This document shows, piece after piece, positions 35,792-46,547 of a stretch of 64,000 nucleotides of DNA (the stretch's first letter is position 1; each line of letters begins with the position of its first letter). The stretch comes from a virus (taxonomy: Duplodnaviria > Heunggongvirae > Uroviricota > Caudoviricetes), in IMG/VR virus record IMGVR_UViG_3300002334_000208. The stretch is one strand, 5' to 3'. The notes beneath the pieces are model-generated. The model saw only the letters and a list, made by a program, of their open reading frames with translations. It was not told where the DNA came from and made no database searches. Position numbers and translations under genes: made by a program.

Positions 35792-36283
35792 ATGAATTTA
35801 GAAGACATGCACATAGCAGACGACCTACACAATGCCAAACTATTGAATCACATAGCAGATGATCGAATTGCGGTAAGAGATTTACTTGATCTGTATATTG
35901 GACCAGTCATTGGCTATGGAGTTTCCCGCACTGTCTTTCATGATTTCTTAGATAGCAACTGTGTTCTAAAATACGACCATGATGATCAACATGCGAATGT
36001 GCGTGAATGGGCTATATGGGAAGAATTACGAGACGCGCCGAGATATGCAAAATGGTTGGCTCCATGCATGCGGATATCACCATGCGGTAAATGGCTCATC
36101 CAGAAAATGACTACGCCAGTTGATAAATGGCCTAAGAAAATTCCCAAATTTATAAACGCCGATACTAAGCGAGGAAACTTTGGCCTTCTCGATGGGCAAT
36201 TGGTATGCCATGATTATGCTTATTTGAGCGTAATGCGCCACAACGAAAATCTCCTGAAACTAACTGACGTGAAATGGTGGTGA
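35792..36283 (+). CDS. hypothetical protein (163 aa)
   Basis: ORF. Confidence 0.4.
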   Translation: MNLEDMHIADDLHNAKLLNHIADDRIAVRDLLDLYIGPVIGYGVSRTVFHDFLDSNCVLKYDHDDQHANVREWAIWEELRDAPRYAKWLAPCMRISPCGKWLIQKMTTPVDKWPKKIPKFINADTKRGNFGLLDGQLVCHDYAYLSVMRHNENLLKLTDVKWW

Positions 36284-38049
36284 GAATTGAACACGCCGGT
36301 GGCGGAAGATATATTGCCTACATATCCCTAGAACAGCGACACGAATTTAAACGCGCTGGCTGGATTTGGGATAGCGTTATCAAAAAATGGACAACAGTAA
36401 AAATCAGCCTTGCTGCAGAGTGGGCTGATTTTGCTGTTGGAGATGCGCGTCCACTTCTCCAAGCATATAAAGACGGACTGTCCGGCGCTGTCGCTGACTC
36501 CATGGCGCACGATGCCGATATAGGTGTGCCTTCACCCGAAGGTTTAGATTACGCCCCATTCCAACGAGCCGGTATTTCATATGCCCTGCAGCGTAAAGAC
36601 ACACTAATTGCTGATCCACCGGGCACCGGCAAGACCATACAAGCAATCGGGATCAACAACGCAATTGGCGCGCGCAATGTCCTTGTCCTCTGCCCTGCAT
36701 ACTTAAAACTCAATTGGAAAAGAGAATACGAAAGATGGGATACGCATGGGCGCTCCGTGGGGATCGTCACGACAGTTCAGCAGGATAAGCTAGACAAAGA
36801 TGGCAATGTCATGCGCAAAGAGTCCAAGATTAAAGGGCGTCTTGGTGCAAAAATAAAAGAGACTGTTCTGGTGTATCCAGATACTGACGTTGTGATAATC
36901 AATGATGCTCTCATGGAACGATGCCAGCAATACATCAAGAATAAGATGTGGGATTCATTTATCGCAGATGAGTGCGAGGCATACAAAAATCCAAAAGCAG
37001 CAAGATCGCAGCAGGTATGGGGTGGAGGTTATGGAAAGAAGCGCATACCTCCAGTTGCATCCAAGCGGCGCACATTTTTGACCGGCACACCACTTAATAA
37101 AAATCCTTTAGACATGTGGGTATACTGCAAGCATTTTGATCCGAGAGGCCTCGGTTCGAACTGGCGCACATATATGTTCAGATATTGCGATGCCTACGAA
37201 AGTGACTTTGGCCTTGACGTAACTGGATCATCAAATCTTGAAGAATTGAACTTCAAGATGAGAGAAGCCTTCATGGTGCGCCGGGACAAAATCGACATCA
37301 TGCATGAGCTGCCACCGAAGCGCAGAGAGATTATCATGTTAGCCGATGATGGCATTCTTGATAAGGTCAACCGAGAAGTGAATAAAATTGCCGACCTTCT
37401 TGATGAGTTCAAGGAGATGGTTGGAGCAATCGATTTAGATGATCAGCAAGAGACACTTGACGCTATGCTGACATTATTCCCGGAAGACTTGGAAGGTAAA
37501 AGCTACGCCGAAATAGCTGGGCTTATGACCAACAAGCAAGCTGCAGCGTTTGACGAAATATCACTTGTTAGAAAAGCCCTGGCTGTCGCGAAAGTACCGA
37601 TGGTCAAGGAGCATGTGAGCAAATTGGTTGAGTTCGGCGAGAAAGTAATCGTCTTTGCGCATCACAATGATGTGGCCGATGCATTGAGAAAACACTTCCC
37701 TGACTTCGCATTTATTTCCGGCAAAGTACCAGCAATGAAACGCCAAGCACAAGTGGACAGACTTCAAGACGATCCAGATTGCCCGGGCATAATCTGCACA
37801 ATTGGCTCCGGTGGCGTAGGGTTTACAATGACCGCCGCGCGTTATGTGGTGTTCTCAGAAATGACTTGGCTCCCTACACAAATGGAGCAAGCAGAGGATA
37901 GGGCATGGCGCTGGGGACAGGATAATAATGTTGTTGCTCAATACCTTGTAGTGAATGGTTCGCTCGACGCAAGGTTCATGGAATTACTAGTAGAACGCAT
38001 GGATATTATCGAGAGAGCGTTGTCAGCTAAAAAAGCTAAGAAGGGTTGA
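36274..38049 (+). CDS. SNF2-family helicase
   Basis: motif I LIADPPGTGKT, motif II IADECEAYKN, C-terminal helicase domain; 591 aa. Confidence 0.75.
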   Translation: MVVRIEHAGGGRYIAYISLEQRHEFKRAGWIWDSVIKKWTTVKISLAAEWADFAVGDARPLLQAYKDGLSGAVADSMAHDADIGVPSPEGLDYAPFQRAGISYALQRKDTLIADPPGTGKTIQAIGINNAIGARNVLVLCPAYLKLNWKREYERWDTHGRSVGIVTTVQQDKLDKDGNVMRKESKIKGRLGAKIKETVLVYPDTDVVIINDALMERCQQYIKNKMWDSFIADECEAYKNPKAARSQQVWGGGYGKKRIPPVASKRRTFLTGTPLNKNPLDMWVYCKHFDPRGLGSNWRTYMFRYCDAYESDFGLDVTGSSNLEELNFKMREAFMVRRDKIDIMHELPPKRREIIMLADDGILDKVNREVNKIADLLDEFKEMVGAIDLDDQQETLDAMLTLFPEDLEGKSYAEIAGLMTNKQAAAFDEISLVRKALAVAKVPMVKEHVSKLVEFGEKVIVFAHHNDVADALRKHFPDFAFISGKVPAMKRQAQVDRLQDDPDCPGIICTIGSGGVGFTMTAARYVVFSEMTWLPTQMEQAEDRAWRWGQDNNVVAQYLVVNGSLDARFMELLVERMDIIERALSAKKAKKG

Positions 38050-38074
38050 CACTGGTTAACAGAAATAGTAAATA
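38046..38074 (+). promoter_or_regulatory. sigma70-like promoter (TTGACA-17-TAAATA)
   Basis: -35 TTGACA 38046-38051, 17-nt spacer, -10 TAAATA 38069-38074, 32 nt upstream of HD gene. Confidence 0.4.
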
Positions 38075-38106
38075 GAGATGATTAATGTCAGACGGAAGGT
38101 TTTCAA

Positions 38107-38769
38107 ATGACAAAGAGTATCGACACAAGATTGAATTTTCGCACAGTAACGCAACTCATCGAATTAGATGAATTTGATGTCACAAAGGTCAGTATTTTAG
38201 ACATAGCAGAAGGCCTCTGCAAAGCCAACCGATACTCAGGTCAATATGAAGGCGACCATATGTGTTCTGTCGCACAACATTCCGTTCATGTCTCTATGAT
38301 GATCGAGCAGGAGATGTCCGATCCACGCGCTGGGTCTTTCCATACCGCCGATTACGAACGTAAACACATCGACTGCATGGCGATGATGGGCTTGATCCAC
38401 GATGGGTCCGAAGCTTACATGGGCGACATGGCAACGCCTTTCAAAAAGAAAATGCCGGACTTTCAAATCATTGAAGAACAATTTCAAAACGCAATCTACG
38501 AAAGATATCTCGGCAAGGTGCTGACTGAGGAAGAAGAAAATCTTCTCAAGTTGTATGATTTCCGAGTGTTTAATATGGAGTGCCGTGCGCTCATGCGTCC
38601 GTGCGTTGATGATCAAAACATCATTGGAACAATGTTCGCCGGTGAAACATTCGAAACAACTTTCGGTCATCGTGTTGCCTGGTGGGATATCCCGCTCGCT
38701 CGCACCAGATTTCTCGAACGGTATGTTGATCTATCAAACCGTTTAAACATTCTGGCGGACGCAGCATAA
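38107..38769 (+). CDS. HD-domain phosphohydrolase (YfbR-like 5'-deoxynucleotidase)
   Basis: VAQHSVHV and GLIHDGSEAYMGD (H..HD..D metal motifs). Confidence 0.6.
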   Translation: MTKSIDTRLNFRTVTQLIELDEFDVTKVSILDIAEGLCKANRYSGQYEGDHMCSVAQHSVHVSMMIEQEMSDPRAGSFHTADYERKHIDCMAMMGLIHDGSEAYMGDMATPFKKKMPDFQIIEEQFQNAIYERYLGKVLTEEEENLLKLYDFRVFNMECRALMRPCVDDQNIIGTMFAGETFETTFGHRVAWWDIPLARTRFLERYVDLSNRLNILADAA

Positions 38770-39374
38770 TGTCACAAATTCCTAATACAGACCCAGCAAT
38801 GTCGAAGTCCAATTTCGACCGCATCGACAATGACTTTTATCCAACGCCAAGTTGGATAACTAAGAATGCTATTATGATCATGGAAGATGAAATGATCCTG
38901 CGCTCCGATGATTTGATTTGGGAATGTGCAGACGGTCAAGGGCATATATCCGATGTGTTTAAGAAGCACGGATACAATGTGCTTCAAACAGACTTAAACC
39001 CTCAATTAGAAGGCGTTGCTACTTCTGACTTTCTGAAAGAATATAAGACGTATCACTCAGGCATGATTTTTACCAATCCACCCTACGGACCGCTTGCGGA
39101 GGAATTCATCCGGCATGCGTTGAAATTGATGAAGGGCTGTCAAGGTAAAGTGGGAATGATACTCAGGAATGAATTTGATTGTGGCAAAAACCGTATGGAT
39201 ATTTTCTCGCATCATCCGGCATTTCGTGCTAAAATAGTTCTCACGACTCGCCCAAGATGGATCGAAGGCACTACAGGTAGCCCTCGCCACAACTTCTCAA
39301 TATTCATTTGGGATTGGGCGCACACAGGCCCAGCAGAATTATTTTACATGAACAAAAATTCAGACTTAAACTAG
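38769..39374 (+). CDS. DNA methyltransferase (N6-adenine or N4-cytosine, NPPY class)
   Basis: catalytic motif IV IFTNPPYG. Confidence 0.65.
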   Translation: MSQIPNTDPAMSKSNFDRIDNDFYPTPSWITKNAIMIMEDEMILRSDDLIWECADGQGHISDVFKKHGYNVLQTDLNPQLEGVATSDFLKEYKTYHSGMIFTNPPYGPLAEEFIRHALKLMKGCQGKVGMILRNEFDCGKNRMDIFSHHPAFRAKIVLTTRPRWIEGTTGSPRHNFSIFIWDWAHTGPAELFYMNKNSDLN

Positions 39375-39388
39375 CAGGACTCTCCCCA

Positions 39389-41035
39389 ATGACCAAGAAA
39401 AACAAAAAGACACCACAGTACGATTTTGCCAACATGACATACGGAGAGTTTCAAGACCTCTATGAAAAATATGGTTCGGAGCGCAAGACGGTGAAAGCCC
39501 TCGGCATCAAACGCACCACTCTCCAGAACTATAAAAAATCAGCATACAAAAGAATGTTCACGGCACAGCGCATGGAAGATGCCACAATCATCTTGCCGAC
39601 CGATCAGGTCCAGGTTTTTATCCTCTCCGCCGCGCAAGACTCTTCAAAAGTCCACAAAGGTTTCTTGAAAAACATCGAAGCGTATGCCCAGCACCGCAAC
39701 GCTGAAATCATGATCGCTGGTTACACCTACAACAAATCAATGTTCGAGGATCATTCAAAAGCTGCTGGCGTTTATGAAAGCTGCCTTGGACCATACCTGA
39801 TTTCAGATCGCGTGATGTTCGGTGAAGACCTGATGTTCTGCGCCGAGGTGAACACGCTGCCAACGGCTGTCAATCCACTATCTGGCATGGCTACATATAC
39901 CGGTCAGGCATCTGGAGTGTTCCCACATGCAAAGTATCATCTGGATTCAATCCCCGTTGACAAAGAATCTAATACCAAGATCATCCAGACCACCGGCACC
40001 ATGACGTACCCGAATTATGTGCAGAAGAAAGCCGGTCAGAAAGCCGAACACTATCACGAAATTGGTGCCTCGGTTGTCGAGCTACTTCCTGATGGTCGTT
40101 TCTTCGTGCGCCACATTGCTGCTGGCAAGAACGGTGATTTCCAAGACCTTGGCTACAAAGTTGAATCTGGCAAGGTCACCGAAGGGCATCGCGTTATGGC
40201 GGTCACTTGGGGTGACATTCACCACGAGAAGAAAGACGATGTGATCAATTATGCATGTTGGGGCGTAGGACCTGATATTGGTTCTCCTTACCTCACCATG
40301 GCAGACGAACTGCGCCCTGAATTCAGTTTCATTCACGACATCATCGACTTCAAACCGCGCAACCACCACAACATCAAAGACCCTCATTTCATGTACGAGA
40401 TGCACATCAGGGGTGAAGCGAACGTCGAAGATACTCTGGCAGAGGCAGCGGATTTCCTCCACAGCATTTGTCACCCAGATACGAAGACCGTTGTTGTCCA
40501 ATCAAATCACGATCTGGCACTGATGACCTGGCTGAAAACTGCCGACTACCGGATCGATCCAGAGAATGCCGAGTTCTTCTTGCGCACCCAAGCAGAGGTG
40601 TATTCTGCCATCAAAGCCAACAACAAAGATTTCCAAGTATTGGCTTGGGCATTCTACCGGTCTTGTGCTGATCTGAATGTAAAATGGTTGGTCGAAGATG
40701 AATCATTCACCATTGCCAATGGCATCCAATGTGGTTGCCATGGACATCTTGGAGCCAATGGTTCTAGAGGTAACCCTATGCAGTTCTCTCGTACTGGCCG
40801 CCGAAGTAATACTGCACATACCCACTCAGCTACTGTTAGAGATGGCGCATGGGTAGCCGGTGTATCTGGCTCTTTAGATATGGGTTATAACAAAGGTTTA
40901 TCTAGCTGGTCTCATTCTCACATTATTACTTTGCAAACAGGTAAGCGGCAAATGGTTACACAGTATCCAGACGGTCTTTGGTGCGCCGATGCACTGCAAG
41001 ACGCATTACAAACAGATTGGCCTCAGTATGGATAG
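39389..41035 (+). CDS. calcineurin-like metallophosphoesterase (start moved to MTKKNKK)
   Basis: WGDIHHE (GDxHG), QSNHDL (GNHD/E), CGHGHLG (GHxH) motifs; N-terminal HTH-like segment. Confidence 0.55.
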   Translation: MTKKNKKTPQYDFANMTYGEFQDLYEKYGSERKTVKALGIKRTTLQNYKKSAYKRMFTAQRMEDATIILPTDQVQVFILSAAQDSSKVHKGFLKNIEAYAQHRNAEIMIAGYTYNKSMFEDHSKAAGVYESCLGPYLISDRVMFGEDLMFCAEVNTLPTAVNPLSGMATYTGQASGVFPHAKYHLDSIPVDKESNTKIIQTTGTMTYPNYVQKKAGQKAEHYHEIGASVVELLPDGRFFVRHIAAGKNGDFQDLGYKVESGKVTEGHRVMAVTWGDIHHEKKDDVINYACWGVGPDIGSPYLTMADELRPEFSFIHDIIDFKPRNHHNIKDPHFMYEMHIRGEANVEDTLAEAADFLHSICHPDTKTVVVQSNHDLALMTWLKTADYRIDPENAEFFLRTQAEVYSAIKANNKDFQVLAWAFYRSCADLNVKWLVEDESFTIANGIQCGCHGHLGANGSRGNPMQFSRTGRRSNTAHTHSATVRDGAWVAGVSGSLDMGYNKGLSSWSHSHIITLQTGKRQMVTQYPDGLWCADALQDALQTDWPQYG

Positions 41036-41332
41036 ATTATTTAAATTATTCTCTTTCGAAAAGAAGCCAGAACCAGAAGTTTTCGTTAGAAGGCTCGGTG
41101 TTATTCTGGTAATCCCTAACTATTCTATGGTTAGTACAGCCGCACGTTTTTGGAAAAGCAACGGTAACAACAGAGGTTTTTTCCGTGTTGTAACTCCTCG
41201 CACATCAGTGATTGGATTGAGAGCAGATGTAATAATCAATCTGGCTCAGAAAACTGAAAGAAACAAAGACTGGTTTCGCTATGATCTAGCAACGAGACTT
41301 GCCCCTAATGGATTATTTTTGGACCTAGCATA

Positions 41333-43528
41333 ATGGCAAAACGCGAACTGCAGACTCTGATCTTCGATATCGAAAGTGATGGTCTGCTCCCGACAATGAC
41401 GAAAATCCACTGCTTAGCTATCCGCGAGTATGAGACTGGACAGGTGTGGCGTTTTCGTAAAAACAAAAAAGAAGATACCATCGCAAAAGGTATCACCATG
41501 CTCCAGAAAGCCAAAGTGCTTGTTGGGCAGAACATCATTGATTTTGATATCCCAGCCATTCAATTAGTTTTTCCAGACTTTGATCCTGTTGGATTAATCG
41601 AAGACACACTGGTTTATGTACGGTTGCTTTTTGCCAATCAGAAAGACAAAGATTTTGAACCATGGCGCAGAGGTAAACACCCCGGCAACTTAATTGGTCA
41701 CCAGTCGTTGGATGCATGGGGCCATCGCCTTGGGCTGCACAAAGGTGATTACAAAAAAGAGATGGAAGCAAAAGCTAAAGCTCTTGGGCTCACTGACAAA
41801 GAGGAAATCAGTTTCTTTGTTTGGGGTGAGTGGAATCAGAATATGGACGATTATTGCCTCGGCGACATTGATGTCAATACGAAACTATGGACGCATTGTC
41901 TTGCGCAAAGATTCCCACAAGGACCAATTGATTTTGAGCATGAGTTTCACGAATTTGCGTGTAAGCTATCTGCTGACGGTTTCCCATTTGACATTGCGCG
42001 TGCCAAAGTCTTGGCAGAGGAATTGATTGCTGATTCTGACGTACTTGTTGAGCAAGCAAAAGAATTTTATGGAAGATGGTTTGCCCCGGGCAGAAAACAC
42101 ATAATTGAAATGCTCTGGGACGATCCTGACGGAAAGAACGCCAAGAAGACATATGAAAAACCTCGCACCGAATATGGTGAAGACAGGTCCCGTTCGATCT
42201 GGGCAGAGGTTGACGTATCAAAACGCACAACAGCGTACAAATCCCTTTACACCAAGCGCACAAATAAAAAGACCGGCGTGGAAAAAGTCACTATGAACTA
42301 TGACAAGTTCGAGGACGCATTTGTTTCTAAGGTACAGATCAAAGATTTCAAACCAACATCTCGCCAAATGATTGTGGATCGCTTCACAACTATTTATGGA
42401 TGGGAGCCGAAAGAATTTACCGATGGCGGCGCTCCATCTGTCAATGATGATGTGTTACAAAATCTGATCGGTATAATCCCAATGGCAGAAGAGCTGGCGG
42501 AAATTTTCTACCTATCAAAACGTGTGGGTATGATTGCCACCGGACCAAATGCTTGGCTCAATCAAGTGGGAGAAGATGGGGCGATCCACCATAGATTGAA
42601 TGGGGGTGGAACTATTTCCGGGCGTTGTTCTCACTCATTCCCAAATGTTGGGCAGGTACCAAAAGTCAAGCTTGCTAAAGTCTTTGATGTGAACGGAGAG
42701 GTAAACACAAAATTCATTTCCGGCGATGGCACTATATCTCCACTCGTCTTTGATGCTGATGGTGAATATAAGAAGAATGCTATCTTAACTGGACGCAACG
42801 GTGATCATGGCTGGGACTGCCGCCGACTATTCTATACGCCACCTGGCTGGGTGCAGGTAGGCTGCGATCTGTCTGGTATCGAATTGCGCTGCTTGGCATC
42901 ACTAGCTGCACCCTATGACAATGGCTATTTGATTGACCAAATATTGAATGGGGATATTCACACTGCGAATCAACACGCTGCCGGATTGCCAACCCGGGAC
43001 ATGGCTAAGACATTTATTTACGCTCTGGTGTACGGCGCTGGCGATGTGAAGATTGGATCGATTGTTGATCCACTCGCCGACGAAGAAACACAAAGAGCAA
43101 GAGGCAAGGAACTAAAAGAAAGCTTCTTTAGCAAGCTGCCCGGACTTGCCGCTGCTGTGAAAATGATTAAACGTGAAGCCAAACGAGGCTGGATCGAAGG
43201 ACTTGACGGTCGCCGATTATTTGTCCGCTCACCTCACTCAGCACTAAATCTTAGACTGCAATCTGATGGAGCCGTACTAGCAAAACGGTGGACCTTGATT
43301 GCCATCGACAAACTGCTCGACGCTGGACATCAATGGGGTTGGGATGGCGATTTTGTATTCATGGCATTCGTACACGATGAACACCAAACAGCTGTGAAAC
43401 CACACCTGAGAGATTACATGAAAGAACTGATGGTGCAATCAGCAAAAGAAGCTGGAGAATTCTATAATTTCGGAATGGAAGTGGCTGCAGAGTCAAAACA
43501 CGGCATAAATTGGAGCGAATGTCACTAA
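41333..43528 (+). CDS. family A DNA polymerase with 3'-5' exonuclease domain (T7-like)
   Basis: Exo I LIFDIESDGL; Pol motif A DLSGIELR, motif B RDMAKTFIYALVYG, motif C FVHDE. Confidence 0.85.
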   Translation: MAKRELQTLIFDIESDGLLPTMTKIHCLAIREYETGQVWRFRKNKKEDTIAKGITMLQKAKVLVGQNIIDFDIPAIQLVFPDFDPVGLIEDTLVYVRLLFANQKDKDFEPWRRGKHPGNLIGHQSLDAWGHRLGLHKGDYKKEMEAKAKALGLTDKEEISFFVWGEWNQNMDDYCLGDIDVNTKLWTHCLAQRFPQGPIDFEHEFHEFACKLSADGFPFDIARAKVLAEELIADSDVLVEQAKEFYGRWFAPGRKHIIEMLWDDPDGKNAKKTYEKPRTEYGEDRSRSIWAEVDVSKRTTAYKSLYTKRTNKKTGVEKVTMNYDKFEDAFVSKVQIKDFKPTSRQMIVDRFTTIYGWEPKEFTDGGAPSVNDDVLQNLIGIIPMAEELAEIFYLSKRVGMIATGPNAWLNQVGEDGAIHHRLNGGGTISGRCSHSFPNVGQVPKVKLAKVFDVNGEVNTKFISGDGTISPLVFDADGEYKKNAILTGRNGDHGWDCRRLFYTPPGWVQVGCDLSGIELRCLASLAAPYDNGYLIDQILNGDIHTANQHAAGLPTRDMAKTFIYALVYGAGDVKIGSIVDPLADEETQRARGKELKESFFSKLPGLAAAVKMIKREAKRGWIEGLDGRRLFVRSPHSALNLRLQSDGAVLAKRWTLIAIDKLLDAGHQWGWDGDFVFMAFVHDEHQTAVKPHLRDYMKELMVQSAKEAGEFYNFGMEVAAESKHGINWSECH

Positions 43529-43595
43529 TTTATCCATTTGCCTGTTGACATCTGTTAACTATTAATGTTAAACACCCTTATTAACCTTTTAAGGC

Positions 43596-44270
43596 TTGAA
43601 TATGACGCAAAAATCTTATCTAGTTTTCGATACGGAGACAACAGGTGCAGCATGTAAAGACGATTTTACATACGAAGGCGCAGACGCTCCAGTTCAATTC
43701 TATGGTGGGCTATTCATTCCGCCAAAAGACCTATCGGAATGGTTTAAGATCGATGGAAAAAATTTGATCCCAACCGGTGAGATGCGCGCGCAGCAAGAAT
43801 TCAATATGCTGATCTGCGTACACAAAGGTAAGAAAGTACATCCAGGCGCTCTAAAAGTACACGGCATCACTGACGAGGTTGCCAACAAGTATGGCATGAG
43901 TACGTCAAATGCTGCCCACATTATTTCTGACATGATCAATGTCGCAGATGTCGCAGTCGCACATAATATTGATTTCGACCGGCGCATTATTAATCACCTG
44001 ATGTACCGCGAAGGTTTAATCAACGGCGAAGATTTTAAAGTAGGCATATGGGAAGATACTGAGATGTATTGCACCATGCGCAGCCTCGAAAATGTCTGCA
44101 AAATCCCCGGAAGAAATGGTTATAAATGGCCTAAGCTTATCGAAGCATATCGCCACTTTTTCAACAAAGACTTTGAAGGTGATGCTCACGATGCATCTGC
44201 CGACTCAATCGCCTGTGCAGAGATTTTCTTTGCCAAAATGTTCTTGGAGCAACAAGATGGTTCAGCTTAA
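43596..44270 (+). CDS. DnaQ-like 3'-5' exonuclease
   Basis: YLVFDTETTG Exo I motif; HNIDFD; H..A.D Exo III. Confidence 0.6.
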   Translation: MNMTQKSYLVFDTETTGAACKDDFTYEGADAPVQFYGGLFIPPKDLSEWFKIDGKNLIPTGEMRAQQEFNMLICVHKGKKVHPGALKVHGITDEVANKYGMSTSNAAHIISDMINVADVAVAHNIDFDRRIINHLMYREGLINGEDFKVGIWEDTEMYCTMRSLENVCKIPGRNGYKWPKLIEAYRHFFNKDFEGDAHDASADSIACAEIFFAKMFLEQQDGSA

Positions 44271-45315
44271 TTTTGAAGATATGTTCGACAGCTATGTTGC
44301 AAGTAATCAAAAAACATGGGCGCATGATCGCTCTAAAACAATCGGTGCATCTGAAATGTTTGCTTGCATCCGCAAAGTAGGCTTGGACAAACGCGCCGAA
44401 GAATTCGGCTACGAAGTTGATGAAGGGCACGAAGATAATTGGGGTGCCATGGAACGTGGTAATTTGATAGAAGATCATTGGGTTGTGCCAGTTCTCGATC
44501 ATGCTCTTCCACAGGGTGTTGGCTTTCTATTTGCTGGCGATGATCAAAAAACATTCATTGATGGGATCGTGTCGGCAACACCAGATGGACTATTGGTCGA
44601 TCTGAAAAAAGATGCTCTGGCGCATTACGGCATTGACGATATAAAATCAGATTGTGTTGGTTTTGAAATCAAATCAATTGATCCTCGCGTCACGCTTTCA
44701 GATGCAAAATTGATCCACAGTGGTCAGGCCCAGATGCAGATGGACTTGGTGCGTAAAAACACAGAGTTCAAGCCGAACTTCACAATCATCCTATATGTGG
44801 ATGCGTCTTTTTTGAACGACATGAAAGTGTTCATCGTTGAGTACGATCCAAATATTCCAAAAGCCGGAAGACAGCGCGCAGAGAAAATCTTCAACGTGGA
44901 GTCACTTGCCGAGCTACAACCAGAAGGTAAATTGGGGAACGACTGCCAGTATTGTAAATGGAGGTATGCTTGCGCCGACATCAGCGGAGATGCCATCCCA
45001 ACAGAAACCAAAGCGCACGATGTTGATCCAGAACTTATGGATCGCATTGCTGATCTGGTTGATAAAGAGCGCCAAGCTGCCGAGTATGAAAAAGGTGCAA
45101 AAGAAGATAAAGAGTTGCTGCGAGCAAATATTAAGCAAGCCCTCATAGAAGCTGATGTGCGAATCTTGGGTGACGAACGATTTAAAGTCACATGGACCAT
45201 GCAGAAAGGCCGCACGACTTTTGATAAAGCAGCAGCTATTGCAGCCGGTCTCGAACTAGATGGTTTTTCAAAAACCGGACCAGGTTTCGAAAAAATGACG
45301 ATCAAAAAACTTTAA
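44257..45315 (+). CDS. PD-(D/E)XK nuclease (YqaJ/RecB/Cas4-like) with C-terminal Cys cluster (start moved to MVQLNF)
   Basis: TIGASEMFAC (GASE motif), D..E.K core, C-terminal CQYCKWRYAC plus N-terminal Cys resembles Cas4/AddB Fe-S module. Confidence 0.55.
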   Translation: MVQLNFEDMFDSYVASNQKTWAHDRSKTIGASEMFACIRKVGLDKRAEEFGYEVDEGHEDNWGAMERGNLIEDHWVVPVLDHALPQGVGFLFAGDDQKTFIDGIVSATPDGLLVDLKKDALAHYGIDDIKSDCVGFEIKSIDPRVTLSDAKLIHSGQAQMQMDLVRKNTEFKPNFTIILYVDASFLNDMKVFIVEYDPNIPKAGRQRAEKIFNVESLAELQPEGKLGNDCQYCKWRYACADISGDAIPTETKAHDVDPELMDRIADLVDKERQAAEYEKGAKEDKELLRANIKQALIEADVRILGDERFKVTWTMQKGRTTFDKAAAIAAGLELDGFSKTGPGFEKMTIKKL

Positions 45316-45510
45316 GGAAGCAACATGTTTGGAATAGTGAATGTGCAATGTCAGATGTTTTGGCTAGACAAAGACTGTTCCTATACTGAAAGCTTCGACA
45401 AAAAATTAGGGCTTATGGATATCTGGTTGTTTATCGGTCCCCTACTAATTCAAATAACCAGAAAAATGAGCATTGAACAATTTAATGCCACAACCGATCA
45501 GGAGTAAAAT

Positions 45511-46494
45511 ATGACCGGAAAAGAAGTAAGTACAATCGTATCAGCAGAAGACGCAGGTAGCGCGCTACTCGCCTCTCTGAATCAAGGCGTAAATCCATGG
45601 GCTGACATGCTCAAAGATTTGGGCGATTTCTTTGGTGCCTTCATGAAGCTCAGTGGCCAGACCGGTGAGATCACATACAAAGATGGCGAAAAAGAAATCG
45701 ATATCGAAACACCGGCTCGATTTTGGGTGAACGTTCCTTCAATGACCTACGGCTACAATTGCTGGGTTGGTGGTGAACGTGTTGACTCTGAATCCGACCT
45801 CTGGGTTAACAAGCACACGCTGAAATCCAAAAAAGAGCTTGCGGACCACGGCCCGTATGACGAAGAAGAAAATGAAGGCTGGCAGGAATTTTACGGTCTG
45901 CATCTGATTCATGAAAATGAAGATGGCGAAGATGTGAAACTTTCCTACAACGCAGCAAGCGGAAGTGCCAAGCGCGCAGTCCGCATGTTCATGAAGTCCT
46001 ATGCTGAACAAGTTCGTCAGCAAATGACCGAAGGCGGCGAATTGCCGGTACCGTGCATTGAGATTACGGTGACGAAATTCAAAACCAAAGCGAAGAAAAT
46101 TATCTTCCCTCCTAACTTTGAAATTGTCAATTGGGCAGATGCATCTGAATTTGCCGAAGACTTTGCAATGGGTCAGGACGACGACGATAATTACGAAGAA
46201 GATGATCGCACCGAAGCCAGTGGCAGCGGAGAGGATGATTCTTCGAACTACGACCAAAATGAAAACGATGATGTAACTGACATCGATCCTGATACCGGTG
46301 AGCCGGTTGATGAATCCAAAGGTGAAAAAGAAGCAGAGAAACCTGCCGAAAAACCTAAGGGTCGTGGACGTGGCGGACGTGCTTCAACAAAGGCTAAATC
46401 AACCTCGAAGCACGAGGGTCCTCAAGATGAGGCTCCGAAAGAAAAACCTAAGGCGTCACGCGGTCGCGGACGCGGACGTGGTAAAGCGAAGTAA
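45511..46494 (+). CDS. acidic protein with RGG/RGR basic tail (possible ssDNA-binding/annealing protein)
   Basis: long D/E-rich segment then KGRGRGGRAS...RGRGRGRGKAK; sits between nuclease and helicase. Confidence 0.3.
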   Translation: MTGKEVSTIVSAEDAGSALLASLNQGVNPWADMLKDLGDFFGAFMKLSGQTGEITYKDGEKEIDIETPARFWVNVPSMTYGYNCWVGGERVDSESDLWVNKHTLKSKKELADHGPYDEEENEGWQEFYGLHLIHENEDGEDVKLSYNAASGSAKRAVRMFMKSYAEQVRQQMTEGGELPVPCIEITVTKFKTKAKKIIFPPNFEIVNWADASEFAEDFAMGQDDDDNYEEDDRTEASGSGEDDSSNYDQNENDDVTDIDPDTGEPVDESKGEKEAEKPAEKPKGRGRGGRASTKAKSTSKHEGPQDEAPKEKPKASRGRGRGRGKAK

Positions 46495-46517
46495 TTAATC
46501 GCTCTACATATGAAAAA

Positions 46518-46547
46518 GTTTCGGGCTGCGATAGTGTGGCCCGAAAC
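46518..46547 (+). terminator. stable hairpin after acidic-protein gene (9-bp GC-rich stem, no U-tract)
   Basis: GTTTCGGGC-12nt-GCCCGAAAC. Confidence 0.25.

Noticed and set aside
36318-37767. Several minus-strand ORFs inside the SNF2 helicase gene
   Set aside because: Antisense to a gene with clear helicase motifs. Typical spurious ORFs
38107-39374. SNF2 + HD + methyltransferase as a DISARM/BREX-like defence island
   Set aside because: Missing the other core components (DUF1998, PLD, PglZ, etc.). More simply explained as ordinary phage DNA-metabolism and anti-restriction methylation genes
44092-44256. N-terminal 55 codons of the 407-aa ORF overlapping the DnaQ-like exonuclease gene
   Set aside because: The overlap is removed by starting at the internal Met (MVQLNF) just before the conserved GASE motif. 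The upstream part is an ORF-caller extension
46518-46547. Intrinsic terminator after the acidic RGG protein gene
   Set aside because: Strong 9-bp stem but no downstream U-tract, so kept only as a low-confidence hairpin
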